Source of the DNA: Eledone cirrhosa
Taxonomy: Eukaryota
Length of the DNA stretch: 64,000 nt
Direction of reading: 5' to 3'
NCBI GenBank assembly: GCA_964016885.1
Contig: OZ024740.1
Coordinates: 266,600,001 to 266,664,000 of the forward strand
The position numbers and the translations under genes were made by a program. The notes below the pieces were generated by a model that saw only the letters and a program-made list of their open reading frames with translations, was not told where the DNA came from and ran no database searches. Every line of letters starts with the position of its first letter. Within the stretch, counting starts at the first letter, position 1. Shown in pieces: positions 27,824-42,454 of the stretch.

Positions 27824-28859
27824 CTAAGGCGCTGAGCTCGGACAAAGCGCATTACTGAACGTTAAAGCATCACAGTTTTATATGAATTGGTTTAATCAAC
27901 TTAGATATATAATAATTTCCTGCGCTCAATAAATTAATCACTAAACATATTGGTGAAATATCGAAAGTGGTGAAGAGGGTTGTATGGTATTATGGCCTGT
28001 TACATGATTTAACCATGTAGGCTTTATAATTTTCTTAGCAAGAAGTACCAAAAGCTATGCATGTCAGCTTTTGAGCTCCCTTCTTCCAGTTATGTGCATA
28101 TGGTAGAGTTAACGTTGAACGCTAAAGACTCCGGACGAAATGTTTTCGTTCGCTTATCGTTGTAGTGGTTTTGAATTTACTTCCGCATTCGAAATACCAA
28201 TACTAAAAATATGCCCAAAAGCTTTCTAGCCATGATCATCTTGGACTACATTGTTCTATATGTCCTTCATGTTTGTTTTTTGTTGTTGGTTTTTTTTGGC
28301 TTATTTTTTTTTTTATTGTTCTTTTTTTTTTCAGATAACAGAATTTTAATTTTAATGAGATTTAGCTGTTATTTCTACAAGAAGGAGCGAAGACCAATGG
28401 CTTATCCGTTGGCCCTTTTAGATGTCATATTTTTGTATCGCTGAAATCGGATTATTTATCATGGAAAAATAAATAACTTTCTATTAATATTTAAAAGATC
28501 AACTTTACTCATATTTCATTCTATTTTCCAGTAGTTTTGCTTTGGCGATTTCCCGATAATCGGATCGTAAAGTTTTGTGAGAACACCAAACAAATATTTT
28601 AATTACCGGAAGTTTTACCATCAACAATGCTCCAAGTTGATTGACAGTTATTTTATTTTCATACTTAATCAACAATATCTGATTTATTTATGGAATATAT
28701 CATGTAAATACAGTTTAATAGAACAAGGAAAGAAGAAAATTTAGATTGAGAAGAAAGAATGGAATGTAAGATAGGAAAATATCAAGAAAAAGAAAAAAAA
28801 ACGAAAAGGGGGGGAATGGCAAGGACTCTAGTATCACAGAAGAATGGGAGGGAAGGGGG

Positions 28860-29192
28860 GCTCTGGGACTAGGGCGCAGTGGTAATGTGGCTGCGTCCCG
28901 CGGACAAGACCGCAAAAGCATTCCCGCGGACAATGGTCAGTGACTTTCGCTGCAACAGCTATCCCACCTCGCGGGGCTTCTTCCTCAGACGGGCCGCCGA
29001 CGTTCCAATCTTGCAGAGGAGCTCGACAGTACGGCTCCAACTACTCCTGAGGTCTCGACGGCGACTGGTGCAAAGCGGAAGCGGCCGGACACCTCCCGGT
29101 ATTTGTTATCTTCCTTTCCTCTGCAAGGCGGACTGCGGTACCGGGCTTTGTGGTCCAAGCGATAAGTTGGAGGCAGAGAACGTGTCACAACA
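28860..29192 (-). pseudogene. CRE-like endonuclease C-terminal fragment
   Basis: CCDTFSASNL and KYREVSGRFRFAPVAVETSG. Same family as 58130-59145. Confidence 0.75.
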
Positions 29193-30964
29193 TGAAGAAG
29201 AAGAAGAAGAAGAAGAAGAAGAAGAAGAAGAAGAAGAAGAAGAAGAAGAAGAAGAAGAAGAATGTTTTCCCTTCTGAGGCACAAGTCTGGGAAAGGTTTT
29301 TTTGTGGAAAACCAGGAGTGACACTTGCATGGCAGTCCCCCCACCACCACCACACCACCGATGTTGTCCAAGGGAAACAGCTTGGCATCAGTGACGTCAC
29401 AACTCATTTCTACAGCTGAGTAAACTGAAGCAACGAGAAATAAAGTGTTTTGCTCAATGCCTACACAAAATCTTTCTTTCCACATCTGAAAAATCTTGAA
29501 TGAACTCATCAAACAGCATCATCTTCAGGACACAATTCCCTGCATCCTGTAGGCAGAGAGCACTTAGTGTTTTGTGGGTCTTCATGATCCTCAGTTAAAT
29601 CATTATGACTGATAATTAGCCGGATGATCTCTCTCCTGAACACTTACTAACTATGGAGTTCAAATATATAAGAACTACATCAACACCTGAAAAGGAATCA
29701 GCAAGCTATTCATCATGGTGTAACACTGCCCGTTGAGATGGCCTGAGACAAGACCAGAGCTTGAGAAAGGCTGCAAAATGGACAGAGTCTTCCATCACCA
29801 CATAACTAAACTAATAGGGCAGTGATAAGTTTCTCAGCTTAAGTTCTTATCTCTTATCAGATAAATTTGTGAATTTTAATTTCTGCGGAATATATTTTCA
29901 TCCTATTTTGCCATCAACAGAACAATTTATTCTTCACAGATTATTGGTGATAAATGTGACTGCTTACTACTTCCAAAGTTGATAAATCCTTTCTAGTTTT
30001 TCATTGTGTTTATATCTTATGATCTGTTCACTACTTATAAATGCCATGCCGCTCTCAGTGAGGATTATTGTCAGAACTACAACATTCAGTCGATATTTTT
30101 TGTTTCCCTGCCAACATGAGTTGAGTCCCTACATTGAAGTTTGAACATGACTTTAGGTTTGTTCATTTTTTCAGACTTATCTCTAGAACTGATGGAGTCC
30201 CAAACAAACTAAATATATATACAACGCTATGGTCACTTGACAGCCACTTTGAGTAACCTGGAAATGATAAAGCAGAAGAGTTTACAAAAAAAAAAATTTT
30301 GTATAGTTTTCTTACATCATCTTCACATTTGTCAACACATCGATATTCTGAGATAAGTAGTAAACATTGGATGTTTGTTATTGTTGTCAACATACATTTA
30401 TATATACATGCATATTACCCCCCCCCCCCCACACACACACAGATATATATATACACATATATTATGTGTATATATGTAAAAGGTAAACAGAAATAACAAA
30501 ACAAACGGTACAGTACATGGAAGAAATATATTAGTTTAATGCTTGAAATAGCAGGAAGAGAGTCTTAACATTTCGGACACTAGTTTTTCCTCAGAAGATA
30601 GAGTTAGAATTAGAAGATAAATAGAAAGTAAAGGGTGATACGAATAAGGAAGAGAGGGAAATGAGGAAAAAATGTGGGAGAAAAAAACACACGTACGTAT
30701 TCAGTCGGCCATCTTGGAGCGCAAACATATATTTATATACTAATACATATGTATTTATGCAGGAATATGCATCATTTCGGACAATAAAAACAAAATTTCC
30801 ATCTCTCTGCTTATCTGTTTGTCAACATAACTGTCTACCCAACTATGTGATGATTTATGATCTTTATGATCTTTTCAATTTACAGGCCAATGAATTAGGT
30901 ATGTTTATATATTTATTTATAGACGTTGGTGTAATCTCGGTTATTCACTCCGTATTTATAAAGA

Positions 30965-31400
30965 TACTAACAGAGGTACCCGGGTATTGCTCGGGTATTA
31001 AATAGCAGTTATGTATACCATTTATGTCAATACTTCAGTTCTGCTTCGAAAACTATACTTTTACAAAATCATCGGCTTTTTCCCAAAGGGGGTTCCTGCC
31101 CCCAGGGGTCCCCTACTCAATATGTGCCAATTCACATTCATCTGTAGAACAAACGTAGCCCATGTGTCAAGTTTTGTGAAAATCGGTTGCGAACTCCAGA
31201 AGTTATGACGTTTTGTTGCATTGCACTGCAGTGCTTCAGTCGACTCCAAGGAAGTGGTTAAAGGGGGTTATCTGAGGGAGGCCCTATAATCAATATCTGG
31301 ACAAATGAAAGTGCTCATGACCATCCGAAGTACATAAGTAACCTATGTCTTAAGTTTGGTGAAAATACTGTAGAAATGCATAAGGCTTACACACACACAC
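30965..31400 (+). mobile_element. Helentron/DINE-1-like non-autonomous element (partial)
   Basis: Start tactaacagaggtacccgggtattgctcgggta (subterminal hairpin) and two aagttt(t/g)gtgaaaat core repeats before a microsatellite. Confidence 0.5.
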
Positions 31401-31414
31401 GTGCGTGCATGTGT

Positions 31415-31539
<125 letters not shown>

Positions 31540-32711
31540 TGTGTGTGTATGTATTTGTGTGTGCGTATGTATATTTGTGTGTGCGTATGTATAAATATGT
31601 GTATGTCCGTCGGCGCATACGTATGTACTGGCCTAAATCTTCACTATTTACTTTTACTATTTTAATAACCTCTGTCATTTTCGTTTTCAATTTTATTTAC
31701 ATCATTCTTAAACTCCGGGGCTGGAAATCATTCTGTTATTTTAAATAGAATATTAGTCTAACGACTCCATTTCACCATAAACTTGGTCTTGTCTTTGTAT
31801 GAAATTGTTCTTCACAGTCCACATAACGACGTATTATCCTCGCTTTTTTTTTTCGTTTATTGCCAGGGAACGTCTTCACGAACCAAAATATCGTCTTCCT
31901 GTTTTCCTTCGGTTGCAACGTTTCTCGAAATATTTACTTCTGCGTTCACAGATTAAATTTTTTAGTTTCAGAAGATCCCGTTAATGTTGAAAGCAGCGAT
32001 TCTTTGCTTAAACTTTAATCTGTTCTATATATATCTGTGTGTGTGTGTGTGCGTGTATGTATGAATATATATGTATATATATATGTGTATGTATGTATAT
32101 ATATATATATATAAATATATATGTGTGTGTGTGTGTCTATATATACATATATTTTTGTGTATATTTATATATGTGTATATGTGTATATCTATATATGTGT
32201 ATATGTGTTTGTATATGTATATATATATGTATATGTATATATATATGTATATGTGTATATATGTGTGTGTATATGTATATATGTGTATATATATATGTAT
32301 ATATGTATATATATGTGCGTGTGCTGTGCGCGTGCGCGTGTGTGTATGTGTGTGTGTGTCCACGCGTGTCTGTGCGTGCGCGCGCGCATGTCTGTGTGTG
32401 AATGTAGCGAAGATAATACGTCAGCAATAACGTTATGCAGACAGTCAGGCATACAGACATATATTATAAGAGCGCGACGGACATGGATGACCGGCACCTA
32501 ACACCCTTTAACAACAGAAAATTGAAAAAACAAAGGCGGCAGTTAATATCTTTAGACCGCAAGGAATATATAAATGCAAGTTTGAAGTCAATTGGAGTAG
32601 AATCGTGGATTTGTATAGACTTTGTAAAAATGAGGACACACAGACAACATCGGTTTTATATATATAGATAATTAGCGCACTTCTTAATATATATATGTGT
32701 GTATGTGTAGA

Positions 32712-32765
32712 AGAGCTTCTACGGGACTAGAACTGTTTCATTCGTGAGAAATCATCAAGGAGCTG
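32712..32765 (-). ncRNA. Degenerate hammerhead motif, same family as 41536-41590
   Basis: Minus strand: agctcc-TTGATGA-tttctcacgaat-GAAAC-agttctagtccc-GTA-gaagct. Confidence 0.55.
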
Positions 32766-32977
32766 GCTGTCCAAATAAGTAGTGGTATTTATATATTTTC
32801 TTTTCTGGTGGTAGGAGAGGGTGGGGATTGGGATAGGTGGAGGTCATTGGTTGAAGGATTTAAAGAAAAGGGGGTTCATTAAAAGCTAATTCTTTATATA
32901 TATATATCTCAAAAGCGTGAACCTAATAAACTCTTATTTATACTGCCTCTCTGTTTTTGTTCCGTCTAAGTTTTAAC

Positions 32978-33082
<105 letters not shown>

Positions 33083-33804
33083 ATTTTTATTACATAACTA
33101 TATATATATATATATATACACACATACCCACACATACATACAGACACAGAGAGGGCGAAAGAGAAATTACTAGAAGCATATAATATGAACACTTTTAATG
33201 ATCTAGTAAAATGTGTGTGCATGATTGTCTGTGTATGTTTGTGTGTGTGTGTGTGTAAGCTCACCAACAACGTTTAGTTCCTGGTTTGACTTCATCGTAC
33301 AGGCAGCTGGTGCACACTTGTTTTTATGTTGGAGGCTCTGGGTGTGGTGTCCTTGAAGCTAAATATTTAAATCTCAATTACTTGTAAAAAAAAAAAACGT
33401 AAAGAAATTGTAAAAAAAAAAGAATTCTGAAATTCAGTAAAATAAAGTGAGACATGTTTCATATTTTGACCAATCGGATGATCGGACAAAGCAACAGCAA
33501 AAAGAGCGATTCTTCCTGTCCATGAGTAAATGTAAATTATATACATACATACACACACAGACATATACATTTATATTTAGAGAGAGAGAGAGGGGGAGAG
33601 AGAGAGGGGGAGAGAGAGAGAGAGAGAGAGAAATAGAGAGGTAAAGAGATAAATAGATAGATACTTAATTCAACAATTATAAAATTAATCATTCTGTCGA
33701 ATAAATAAGTAAAAAATATATAAATATATTTCTGTACGTTTTCAGTTTTACATTTTACCTGTAACCTTTGTATGGAACTTTACCCACCTTTTTCAACTAT
33801 ATAC

Positions 33805-33902
<98 letters not shown>

Positions 33903-33904
33903 GA

Positions 33905-35060
33905 GTATATTTACTCTTTTACCTGTCCAGCCCTCCGGCTGAGGCCATGCTGGGGCACCGCCCTTGTTGCTACACATATTATCTCCAAACCTGTGCAAGA
34001 GGGAGTTCGTTGCTGCTGCTCGTAGGTTTCCCTCGTGCCTTGCTGTGGGCTCATCTGGGATCCTGGATAGCAAGGTGTCGAGGTGTTTCTTGAAAACATC
34101 CACGTCCAAACCATTCAGATCTCTCAGATCCCTCGGTAGCTTGCTGAAGAGTTGGGGGCCCTTGCTATTGCAATATCTGCTCCTTATTCTAGATGTGGAA
34201 GACGGGACCTTTGGCACCACACAGTGACGTCCTGCTCGGGGGTAGGTCCAGCTCCCAATGCCAACGTTTAGTGCTAGTCCCTCCAGGATTTTCCACAGGT
34301 AGATCACTGCGTATCTCTCCCGTCTTCGTTCCAAGGAGTAGAGGTTCAGTTCTTTTAGCCTCTCCCAGTAGCTTATCTCCCTCATCGTCGCAATCCTCTT
34401 GGTGTAGCTTCGCTGGATTGCCTCAAGCTCCGTGGTTAATTTGACACTATGGGGTGACAACAGCTGGGAGCAATAGTCCAGGCGCCTTAGGACAAATGTC
34501 CTCCATAGTGTCAACATTGTCTCTCGGTCTCTTGTCCGGAAAATCCTCATGGTCCAGCTAGCGAGTCGTTTGCAAATTGTCGCCACTTTCATGATGTGTG
34601 AGGAAAAAGATGCATCGTCGCTCATGTCTATACCCAAGTCTCGTATCGAATACAGTACAATACAGTGTAACTGTATTGTACTGTATTTGTGTTTACAGGT
34701 TTGTATTGTAGGGCTTGAAATTTGCTAGCATTAAACTGCATGTTGTTGTCTTCCGCCCATTTTTATATGGCATCCAGATCTTGTTGTAAAAGGGCAGCAT
34801 CAGCCGGGTTTTTTATTGCCTGTGCTATTTTAGTGTCATCAGCATAGCTAGTGAGGGATGTTGTATGTACTACAGAGGGCATATCTGAGAGAGCCACCAA
34901 AAACACTAGTGGTCTCAGGACTCTGCCTTGAGGCACCCCACTTGTTATTGATGTTTCCTTTGAGAGGTCCCCGTTTGCTGCAACTGTCTGGCTTCTGTCC
35001 TTTAAGAATTCATGCAGCCACTCACCTATTTTTCCAGTTATGCCGAGTCTGTGTAGTTTC
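33905..35060 (-). mobile_element. CR1-like LINE 3' half (RT), decayed
   Basis: SGVPQG, YADDTK, LDYCSQL, SYWERLKELNLYSLERRRERY. The 3' end abuts (TA)n. Confidence 0.88.
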
Positions 35061-35169
35061 AGGCTTATTGTCAACCCAAACCCATCACATTCTGCCAAGA
35101 AGCAGTCTATCAAAAGTTGAATATCTTCTTCCGCGTGCTAACACAGTAAAATAAAATAACCACGATCAT

Positions 35170-37099
35170 ACATACATACATTCTATCGGAGGTATCTTAC
35201 CGACCTCTACCAACAAGCTCTCAAGGGAGATACACTTATACCAGAATGGTTGACATTAGCAAAAACAATCCTGGTCCCCAAGAACAAAGACACCCACTTA
35301 GCAAAAAACTACCGACCCATTGCATACCAGAACTTGATGTATAAGATGTATACAGCCTACCTGAACCTATTCCTCTAAGATCACTGTGAAAATGATAACA
35401 TCATCACAGATGAACAAGCAGCTGGAAAGAAAGTGTTTTGGAATGTGCTGAACAACTCCTAATCAACAAAACTGCGATGTCGGAGGTGCGACAACTTAGG
35501 AAGAATATGGCTACAGTCTGGCTGGACTACAGGAAAGCTTTCGATTCTGTTCCCCGCTCTTCGATGATAGAGGCCCTCCGACTTGCTAAAGTCCCAGGCA
35601 TTATTATCAGAGCCATAGAGAAGCTGTCTTCTACTTGGGCTACTATTCTAAAGACAAAAACAGAGAAGGGGGACTCTATTTTCACTGATAAAATAGAATA
35701 CCACAAAAGTATATTTCAAGGAGACAGTCTCTCTGTGATAGTATTTATCCTGTCATTAAACCCCTTCTCCTTTCTGCTCAAGAAATGTGAAGGATACACC
35801 ATTGGCTCATAGGAAGACAGAAATACGAACCTAACCCATAATTTTTGGGGGGGATGATCTGAAACTCTATGCCAAGAACATAGATGGGATGAAAAAAATC
35901 TTGACCTGGTTACAACATTCTCAAAGGATATAGGAATGGAATTTGGACAAGATAAATGTTCATATATGACTGTAAAACGGGAAAAACAACAACCCAATCT
36001 AGCAACATTGTCATCAATGGCTTAACTGTTTCACCGATATCCTATGAGGACTGCTACAGATACTTGGGGATAGATTAGAACATATCCTATAATGGTATCT
36101 GTAATAAGGAACGCGCGCACAAATGCAGGCATAGTTACCTTGATGATGTCTAATTACAATGAAAAAGTCATGTGTCTTTGACAGATACCGGCTTTCTATT
36201 GGTAAAAATTCATAAAATAATGGGGTCAGGGGAAAGTCGATTAAATCGACCCCAGTGCGTGACTGGTACTTTATTTTATCGACCCCGTAAGGATGAAAGG
36301 TAAAGTTAACCTCGGCGGGATTTGAACTCAGATAGTAAAGGACCGTAACTATGTGCTGCAGAACATGTTGTCCGACGCTCTACCGATACTGCCAATAAAA
36401 TAATGAACCCAGAACATACATACATATATACATACCTACATACATACATACATGAACCAATTTACAGAGAAAGTTGTGCATGGGTACCTGAGACGAAAAA
36501 CACAGACCATAGAGGGGATAAATCATTCAAAAAGCCTAGCATGAAGTTCCGACAAGTTTACGACATCCCACCTTGAAGGATATTTCTATGCAATACAGGA
36601 ACAAGAAATCCCTACCAAATATTTGCTACACAAAAGACGAGGGCCATCAGTCGACAATAAATGTAGGCTATGTAAAACAAAGATCGAAGATGTTAGCCAC
36701 ATTGTTGCCAACTGGGAAAGAATGTCGTCTCGTTACTACCTCCCCATGAGGCACGATGTAATAGCTAGAACCCTCTTGGGACCACACATTGAAACCGTGC
36801 TGTTGTAGAGATCAGCTGCCCACTTGATGTCAACGTTGTAAGAAAAATACAGGAGAAGGGGGACATTTACGGACCATTGATGAGGAAGGAGTTTGCAGAT
36901 CCAGTATCTAAGATACACCTTCAGATTCATACCTATTATTATTGGGGCTACAGGTTATATACCAACTCTCTTGGACCAAAGTATAACTGAACCTGAATTT
37001 GTGGACAAAGAGCGCAGCTCCCTAATTCATAGACTACAAATGGCTGCGATAATTGATACCTTTGAAATTTGCAAAACATTCTTGCGATTCAAGGGATGA
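35170..37099 (+). mobile_element. R4/Dong-like LINE remnant, interrupted by a SINE
   Basis: PEWLT..KTILVPK, NYRPIA, WLDYRKAFDSVP, IFQGDSLS, DDLKLY, CRLCK..EDVSHI, PIIIGATG. Confidence 0.8.
36225..36395 (-). mobile_element. SINE family A copy
   Basis: Reverse-complement match to the family A core and B-box. Confidence 0.85.
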
Positions 37100-37294
37100 C
37101 AATTTCTTTTCTTTTACAACCCTGCCACCAGGAAGGTGGCCGGTCAAAAACATACTCGAAATTAAGAGAGAGAGAAACATACAAACATTCATCCATCCAT
37201 CCATACATACATATATACATGCTTGTATACACACATACATACACACACGCATACATAATGTGAATAATAATAATATAATAATATTATTAATATT

Positions 37295-37482
37295 CGGTGG
37301 ATTGGCAGTATCGGTAGAGGGTCGGACGCCATGCTTTGACGCATAGAGTTACGGCCCTTGCCATTCTGAGTTCAAATCCCGTCGAGGTTAACTTTGCCTT
37401 TCATCCTTACGGGATCGATAAAATAAAGTACCAGTAATGCACTGGTAATTTGCTGGCCTTGTGCCAGAAATAGAAACAATTA
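37295..37482 (+). mobile_element. SINE family A copy
   Basis: Full head to 3' end, flanked by short repeat attattaatattcgg on both sides (probable TSD). Confidence 0.88.
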
Positions 37483-38033
37483 TTAATATTCGGGTCGTTT
37501 GCAAGTAATCGGCCTCATAACACCGTGCGTGTGACTTTTTTTCGACGACTGACGTCATCCTATTGTTCTAGTGGTGTATCTCTCTCTCTCTCTCTATGAA
37601 TTTTTTTTCTCTCTCTCTCTCTCTCTCTCTCTCGTCTGCGACTTCACAGAACTTATGTTTACCGAATTCGCAGACGAGACCCCTTCTTCCTCCCGTTAGA
37701 CCTGTGCGAAATTCCTTCCTTGCTCACATTTCAACCAGGTTTGATGGTCTTTATTCTCTCGTTCATGATTTCACCGAATTTATATTCATAGAAATCTGGG
37801 ACTTGTCTCTTTCTTCATCACTTTCTGTTGCTTAAACCATTTTGTTTGTTTACCCTAGCGTCCCCTTTATTTACGTGTCCCAACGACTTTTTTTAGCCGT
37901 TGCTCGCACCAACCTGAGGTATATGGCCTTTAAAGCGATGAAATGCATGTGACGGTTGGAAGGCCACTGATGAAGGACAAACTTTTTCATATGTAACCCA
38001 TTTGCAACGCCGCAGCTCCATTATTATCATATT

Positions 38034-38091
<58 letters not shown>

Positions 38092-38949
38092 TCAATATTC
38101 CACAAACCTCAATAGGGCACAATTACCAGAAGCAATGGAAAATCGTGAATTGTGGAGAGGTTTTGTGAGGAATGTTTGACTGTGGTCGCAATGATGATGA
38201 TGATGATTTACGTTCGAATCCAATATGGTGGAAGCAGTGTTTTAAAAAATCTTATAAGAGTTTGTAGCAGGAGTTGCCTCCCTTGTTGTGACACTCACAA
38301 CCCCAATAGATTAACACCATCTAGACAGGAAGTAGAACCCTTTCTGTAACTTCTGGTCAGAACCCTATAAAACTGACAACTTTAAGTTCTCACTCTCTCA
38401 TTCGCCTTTTCGGTCAGGCGCCTCCTGGCTTTCGCCAGGAGTCTTTACCCAGGCGTCTTCTGCCAGCCACGTTCGTTTGGCAATCAAACGGTAACTAATA
38501 ACTTTGCTTCATTCTTTCATCTATTTCTTTGACATGACAACTATACTGTTCTATATATATCCATGATTGTTAATTAAATATTATACACACAAACCATGTC
38601 TCCTTGTTACATTCATACAAGTATTCTGCTATAAGTTTCAGGGTAAAATAAGTTTTAGACCCACTGCACTATGTAATCGCTTAGCTTGCTAGAACTATCT
38701 AGTTGCATATTATTCTTTATATTATGATTACGATTAACATATCAATTCTCTATAAAGTAGCTTTTTTTTTACTGATAGATTTGCATATTATTTATCATAT
38801 TGTAAATGTATATCAGCTTGGCTTAAAAAAGGATTTAACTCACTATCGGCTTTCCACAAAGTCACTTTATTTTTGCACCTGCTTATATATATATGTGTGT
38901 GTGTGTGTGTGTATATATATGTATACATATGTGTGTGTGTATGTGTGTG

Positions 38950-39017
<68 letters not shown>

Positions 39018-39575
39018 AACGTAATGGCACTTTCCCGGTTATTTCAAACATTAAAACATATATAATCATTGAATTGTGTTCACCTGTTATGTGTTCCGGC
39101 CGATGTAGGATTAGTCGGTTGGAAATTGCAGACAACGTGGTACTCCTTAATTCATCAACAGGTGAACTCACTCCGACATGCACTTGTTAGGTTTGATGCC
39201 GACTGCTGTTTCCTAACTATAACCACCACTATGCCATAAATTCTTTACAAATATTATTAACTTATAATTTTTAAGGAAGTAATACATGTTACTTGTATTT
39301 TCTATTGCCCCGACCTAGGTGTAGAGTCTGTCACCCTTTCTCTCTTTCTCCCCCGCCCTTTTCTTGCTCTTTCCCTCCATTTCTTCTCGTGGTATTTATA
39401 GTCCTTTCCTTTACTTTCCTATACAGCCAGCTCTGCCCTTCTTTACTCCTTCCCCCGTGTTTTCATTACTTAATTTTGTTTATATCCTTTTTTAATATTT
39501 TCCATCATCGTATAACTTTTGTTTGTAAAATATAGTTGACTTTAAATATTAATATTTCTTATTTGGTAGATGTGA

Positions 39576-39882
39576 AGGCACGTGACTTAAGGGTTAGGAT
39601 ATTTGGCACGCGATCGTAAGGTCTTAGTTCGATTCCCGGCGGCGCATTGTGTCCTTGAGCAAGATACTTTATTTCATGTATCTCCAGTCCATTCAACTAG
39701 CAAAAATTAGTTACATCTGAAATTCGAAGAGTCAGCCTTGTCACATTCTGTGTCAAGCTGAATCTCAGTAAGAACTACATTAAAGTACGCGTGTCAGTGG
39801 AATGCACAGCCACTAGTTTCACGAGCAAGCCGATTCGTTGATTTATCAACTTGAACACTCGTTGTCGTAACTGACGGAGTGC
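39576..39882 (+). mobile_element. tRNA-derived SINE family B
   Basis: tRNA-like head with gttcgattccc followed by tccttgagcaagatactttatttca core. Confidence 0.75.
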
Positions 39883-40388
39883 CAGTATTTTTTTTTGTTT
39901 TTTTTTTACTTGGGGTGAGGATGATTGTAGAGATGTTTTCACTCTAACCCATAACCTTTTATAGTCTAATCTCATAATTCTATTTCTAGCATAAAAAAGT
40001 TCTTGGTTAAAACATAAATAACTGTTGTTCAATACCTGAGGTGTGTCGTGATTGAGGGTTATTCCAGTAGTGAAATCCTGTCTTTTGGTGGCATGTAGGA
40101 CATTATCTAATGAAACAATGTCTTTAATTTAGATAATAAATAAAATGTTGGTGAGGGAAGATGGATTACTATTTCTAGTATCTAGAGTTTTCTAGTATCT
40201 ACAGTACTCTGGTATCTAAAGTGGCCTTCTCTGGCTCGACAATACGTTAGTTTTTCTCTGTGCAAATTTTTACATTTCAACTATAGAGCCAATTTATTGA
40301 TAAATAATATATCTATTGATTTACCATTTTTTCACTCGCACCCCACCTCTCTCTCCCGATATATTGTATTTGGGACTGTTATGTTCCA

Positions 40389-40449
<61 letters not shown>

Positions 40450-40455
40450 TATATA

Positions 40456-41318
40456 CGCGGTCTGTCTGAAAAGTAACGGGACTGGTGTCACAAACAATTT
40501 ATTTCAATTCCAAACTACCAGCTACGTGGTTTCCCCTTCAAGTCTAATGCACTTTTCCATCCTTCTATACACTGCTGGAAGGATTCTTCTGGGATGCCCC
40601 TCAGCTCCTTCATTATGGCCCTCTTGATGGCCTCCATGCCTTCAAAACGGGTTTCCCTTGATGATTACCTTGAGCTTGGGGAAAAGGAAAATGTCACACG
40701 GAGTAAGATCAGGAGAATAAGGAGGTTGTTCCAGTATGGCGATGTTTCTCTCGGCCAGGAACTGCCAGATTCTCTGGGCGTTGTGAGCCGGCGATCTTCC
40801 GCCAGCCCAAATCTTTGGTGATAATCTACCAAATGCTGTCGCAGTTCAAACCCAGCTCACTTGCGATCAGTTAAACAGTCAGTCGACGATCATCACACAC
40901 CACCTGCCTCACGCGCTCAACTTTGGCCACTGTCATGCTCGTTGAAGGCCTCCCGCTCCTGGGGTCGTCTTCCACATCCTCGCGTTCCTTTAAACTTTTT
41001 GTGCCACTCGAAAATCCGTGAGCGTGACATCGTCTCATCTCCGTACACTTACAGTATTCCAAGTGCTTCTGGCGGAGTTTTCCCCTGCCAGACCAGAAAC
41101 ATCAGGCTAGTTTGTTGCTCTGTGCCCATTGCTCGACAGCCTAAAATTGAGTAGCTGTTAACAAAAGCACGCCAAAAAAATATACAATGGCTGCAGAAAG
41201 CTGAGATCGCAATTATATATTCCCCGAATATTATGCGACATGGTGAGGCATATCCCCACCTCATACATAGCCCACACAGCAAGCACACCAAGTCCTGTTA
41301 CTTTTCAGACACATCTCA
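40456..41318 (-). mobile_element. Internally deleted mariner transposon
   Basis: TIRs cgcggtctgtctgaaaagtaacgggactggtgt and acaccaagtcctgttacttttcagacacatctc with TA flanks. Transposase remnants EDVEDDPRSGRPST and QPPYSPDLTPCD.FLFPKLK. Confidence 0.9.
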
Positions 41319-41330
41319 TATATATATATA

Positions 41331-41673
41331 ACAAATTTAATATAGAAATGGCTTCTACAGAACTAGAACTGTTTCATTCGAAGGAAATCACCAGGAAAGG
41401 CGACTTGCATTGTCATGCGGTGGTATTTGTATGATTTAAATCAGTTCTTTAAAAATCCCTTAGCCAATCCTTAAAATCACCAGGTTCCCCAACCACCAGA
41501 AAACATACAAATACCACCGCATTACAATGTAAGTGGGCTTTCCTGATGATTTCCTTCGATTGAAGAAACAGTTCTAGCCCTGTAGAAACCATTTCTATAT
41601 TAAATTTGTTGTATACACTCTAATGTATTGAGTACCTTACTTTCTGTCGTTACCTCCTATTGAACCCAGGACT

Positions 41674-41675
<2 letters not shown>
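41331..41675 (+). mobile_element. Hammerhead element with inverted 5' copy
   Basis: Arms 41331-41433 and ~41504-41609. Hammerhead tttc-CTGATGA(41543)-ttc..gaa-GAAA-cag ttctagcc ctg-TA-gaaa. Confidence 0.8.
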
Positions 41676-41711
<36 letters not shown>

Positions 41712-41712
<1 letters not shown>

Positions 41713-41884
41713 CCGCATGTAGTTGGCAGCCTAGAGAAAAATGTTCTCAATACCAAAATAGAGTTTAAATATTTATTTTAAGGCTAATAGTGAGTCTTGT
41801 TACTTCTCATAGCGTCATGATGATTCTGTGAGAAGCAGGCGAAACTGCAGAGTAACAAGACTCACTATATACCCTTTATAAAAT
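41712..41884. repeat. Short inverted repeat enclosing a degenerate hammerhead-like core
   Basis: atagtgagtcttgttact and agtaacaagactcactat surround atgatga..caggc-gaaac. Confidence 0.6.
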
Positions 41885-41886
41885 GA

Positions 41887-41978
<92 letters not shown>

Positions 41979-42119
41979 CTATCTCTACATCTATCTGTAA
42001 AAATTATTTTTTTAAATTTAAAGTATTTATTTTCTAAATTCCTATTAAGGTCAATTCCTCAACTTTACCCCAACCTCCACTCAGATCAGCTTAATAAAGT
42101 ATAAATAAAATAAAGTATT

Positions 42120-42282
42120 TTTCTCAAATCATTTCATCATCTTCTTAACAATTGCAAGGAGTGGCCTCCACAACGGAGGATAAATCAACACTAAATACTC
42201 AGTGGGGTGCCTTTGGTCAAGCATTTCTGTTTGACTAAGGGGATGGACGAATAAAATAAGGAGTGGCTATCTGCTGATTAAC
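42120..42282. repeat. Unclassified ~165-bp dispersed repeat (second copy ~44825-44988)
   Basis: Shared ggataaatcaa..ctaaatac..cagtggggtgcctttggtcaagcatttc..aataaggagtggctat. Confidence 0.75.
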
Positions 42283-42454
42283 CAGAATAAATAAACAAAA
42301 TTTCACATATATGTTTTATTTTATGTGTATAATGACAAAATAAAAGAGAAAAATATACAAAAGAAAAGGAAAAAAATGACGTGTGGGAAAATTTTACATT
42401 TTTGGTTAGGCAGCTGAACTGATTAGATGTTATAGAAACAAATATATCACATGA

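Noticed and set aside
29270-30330. Possible host exons
   Set aside because: No sustained ORF or convincing splice pattern. Faint resemblance to a decayed minus-strand RTE.
38263-38667. Possible solo LTR (tgtagcagg start, TATA-like box)
   Set aside because: No convincing matching end or TSD.
39940-40270. Possible Penelope RT N-terminal remnant on minus (PTFYLLSK-like)
   Set aside because: Too short and degraded to support by eye. Needs a translated HMM search.
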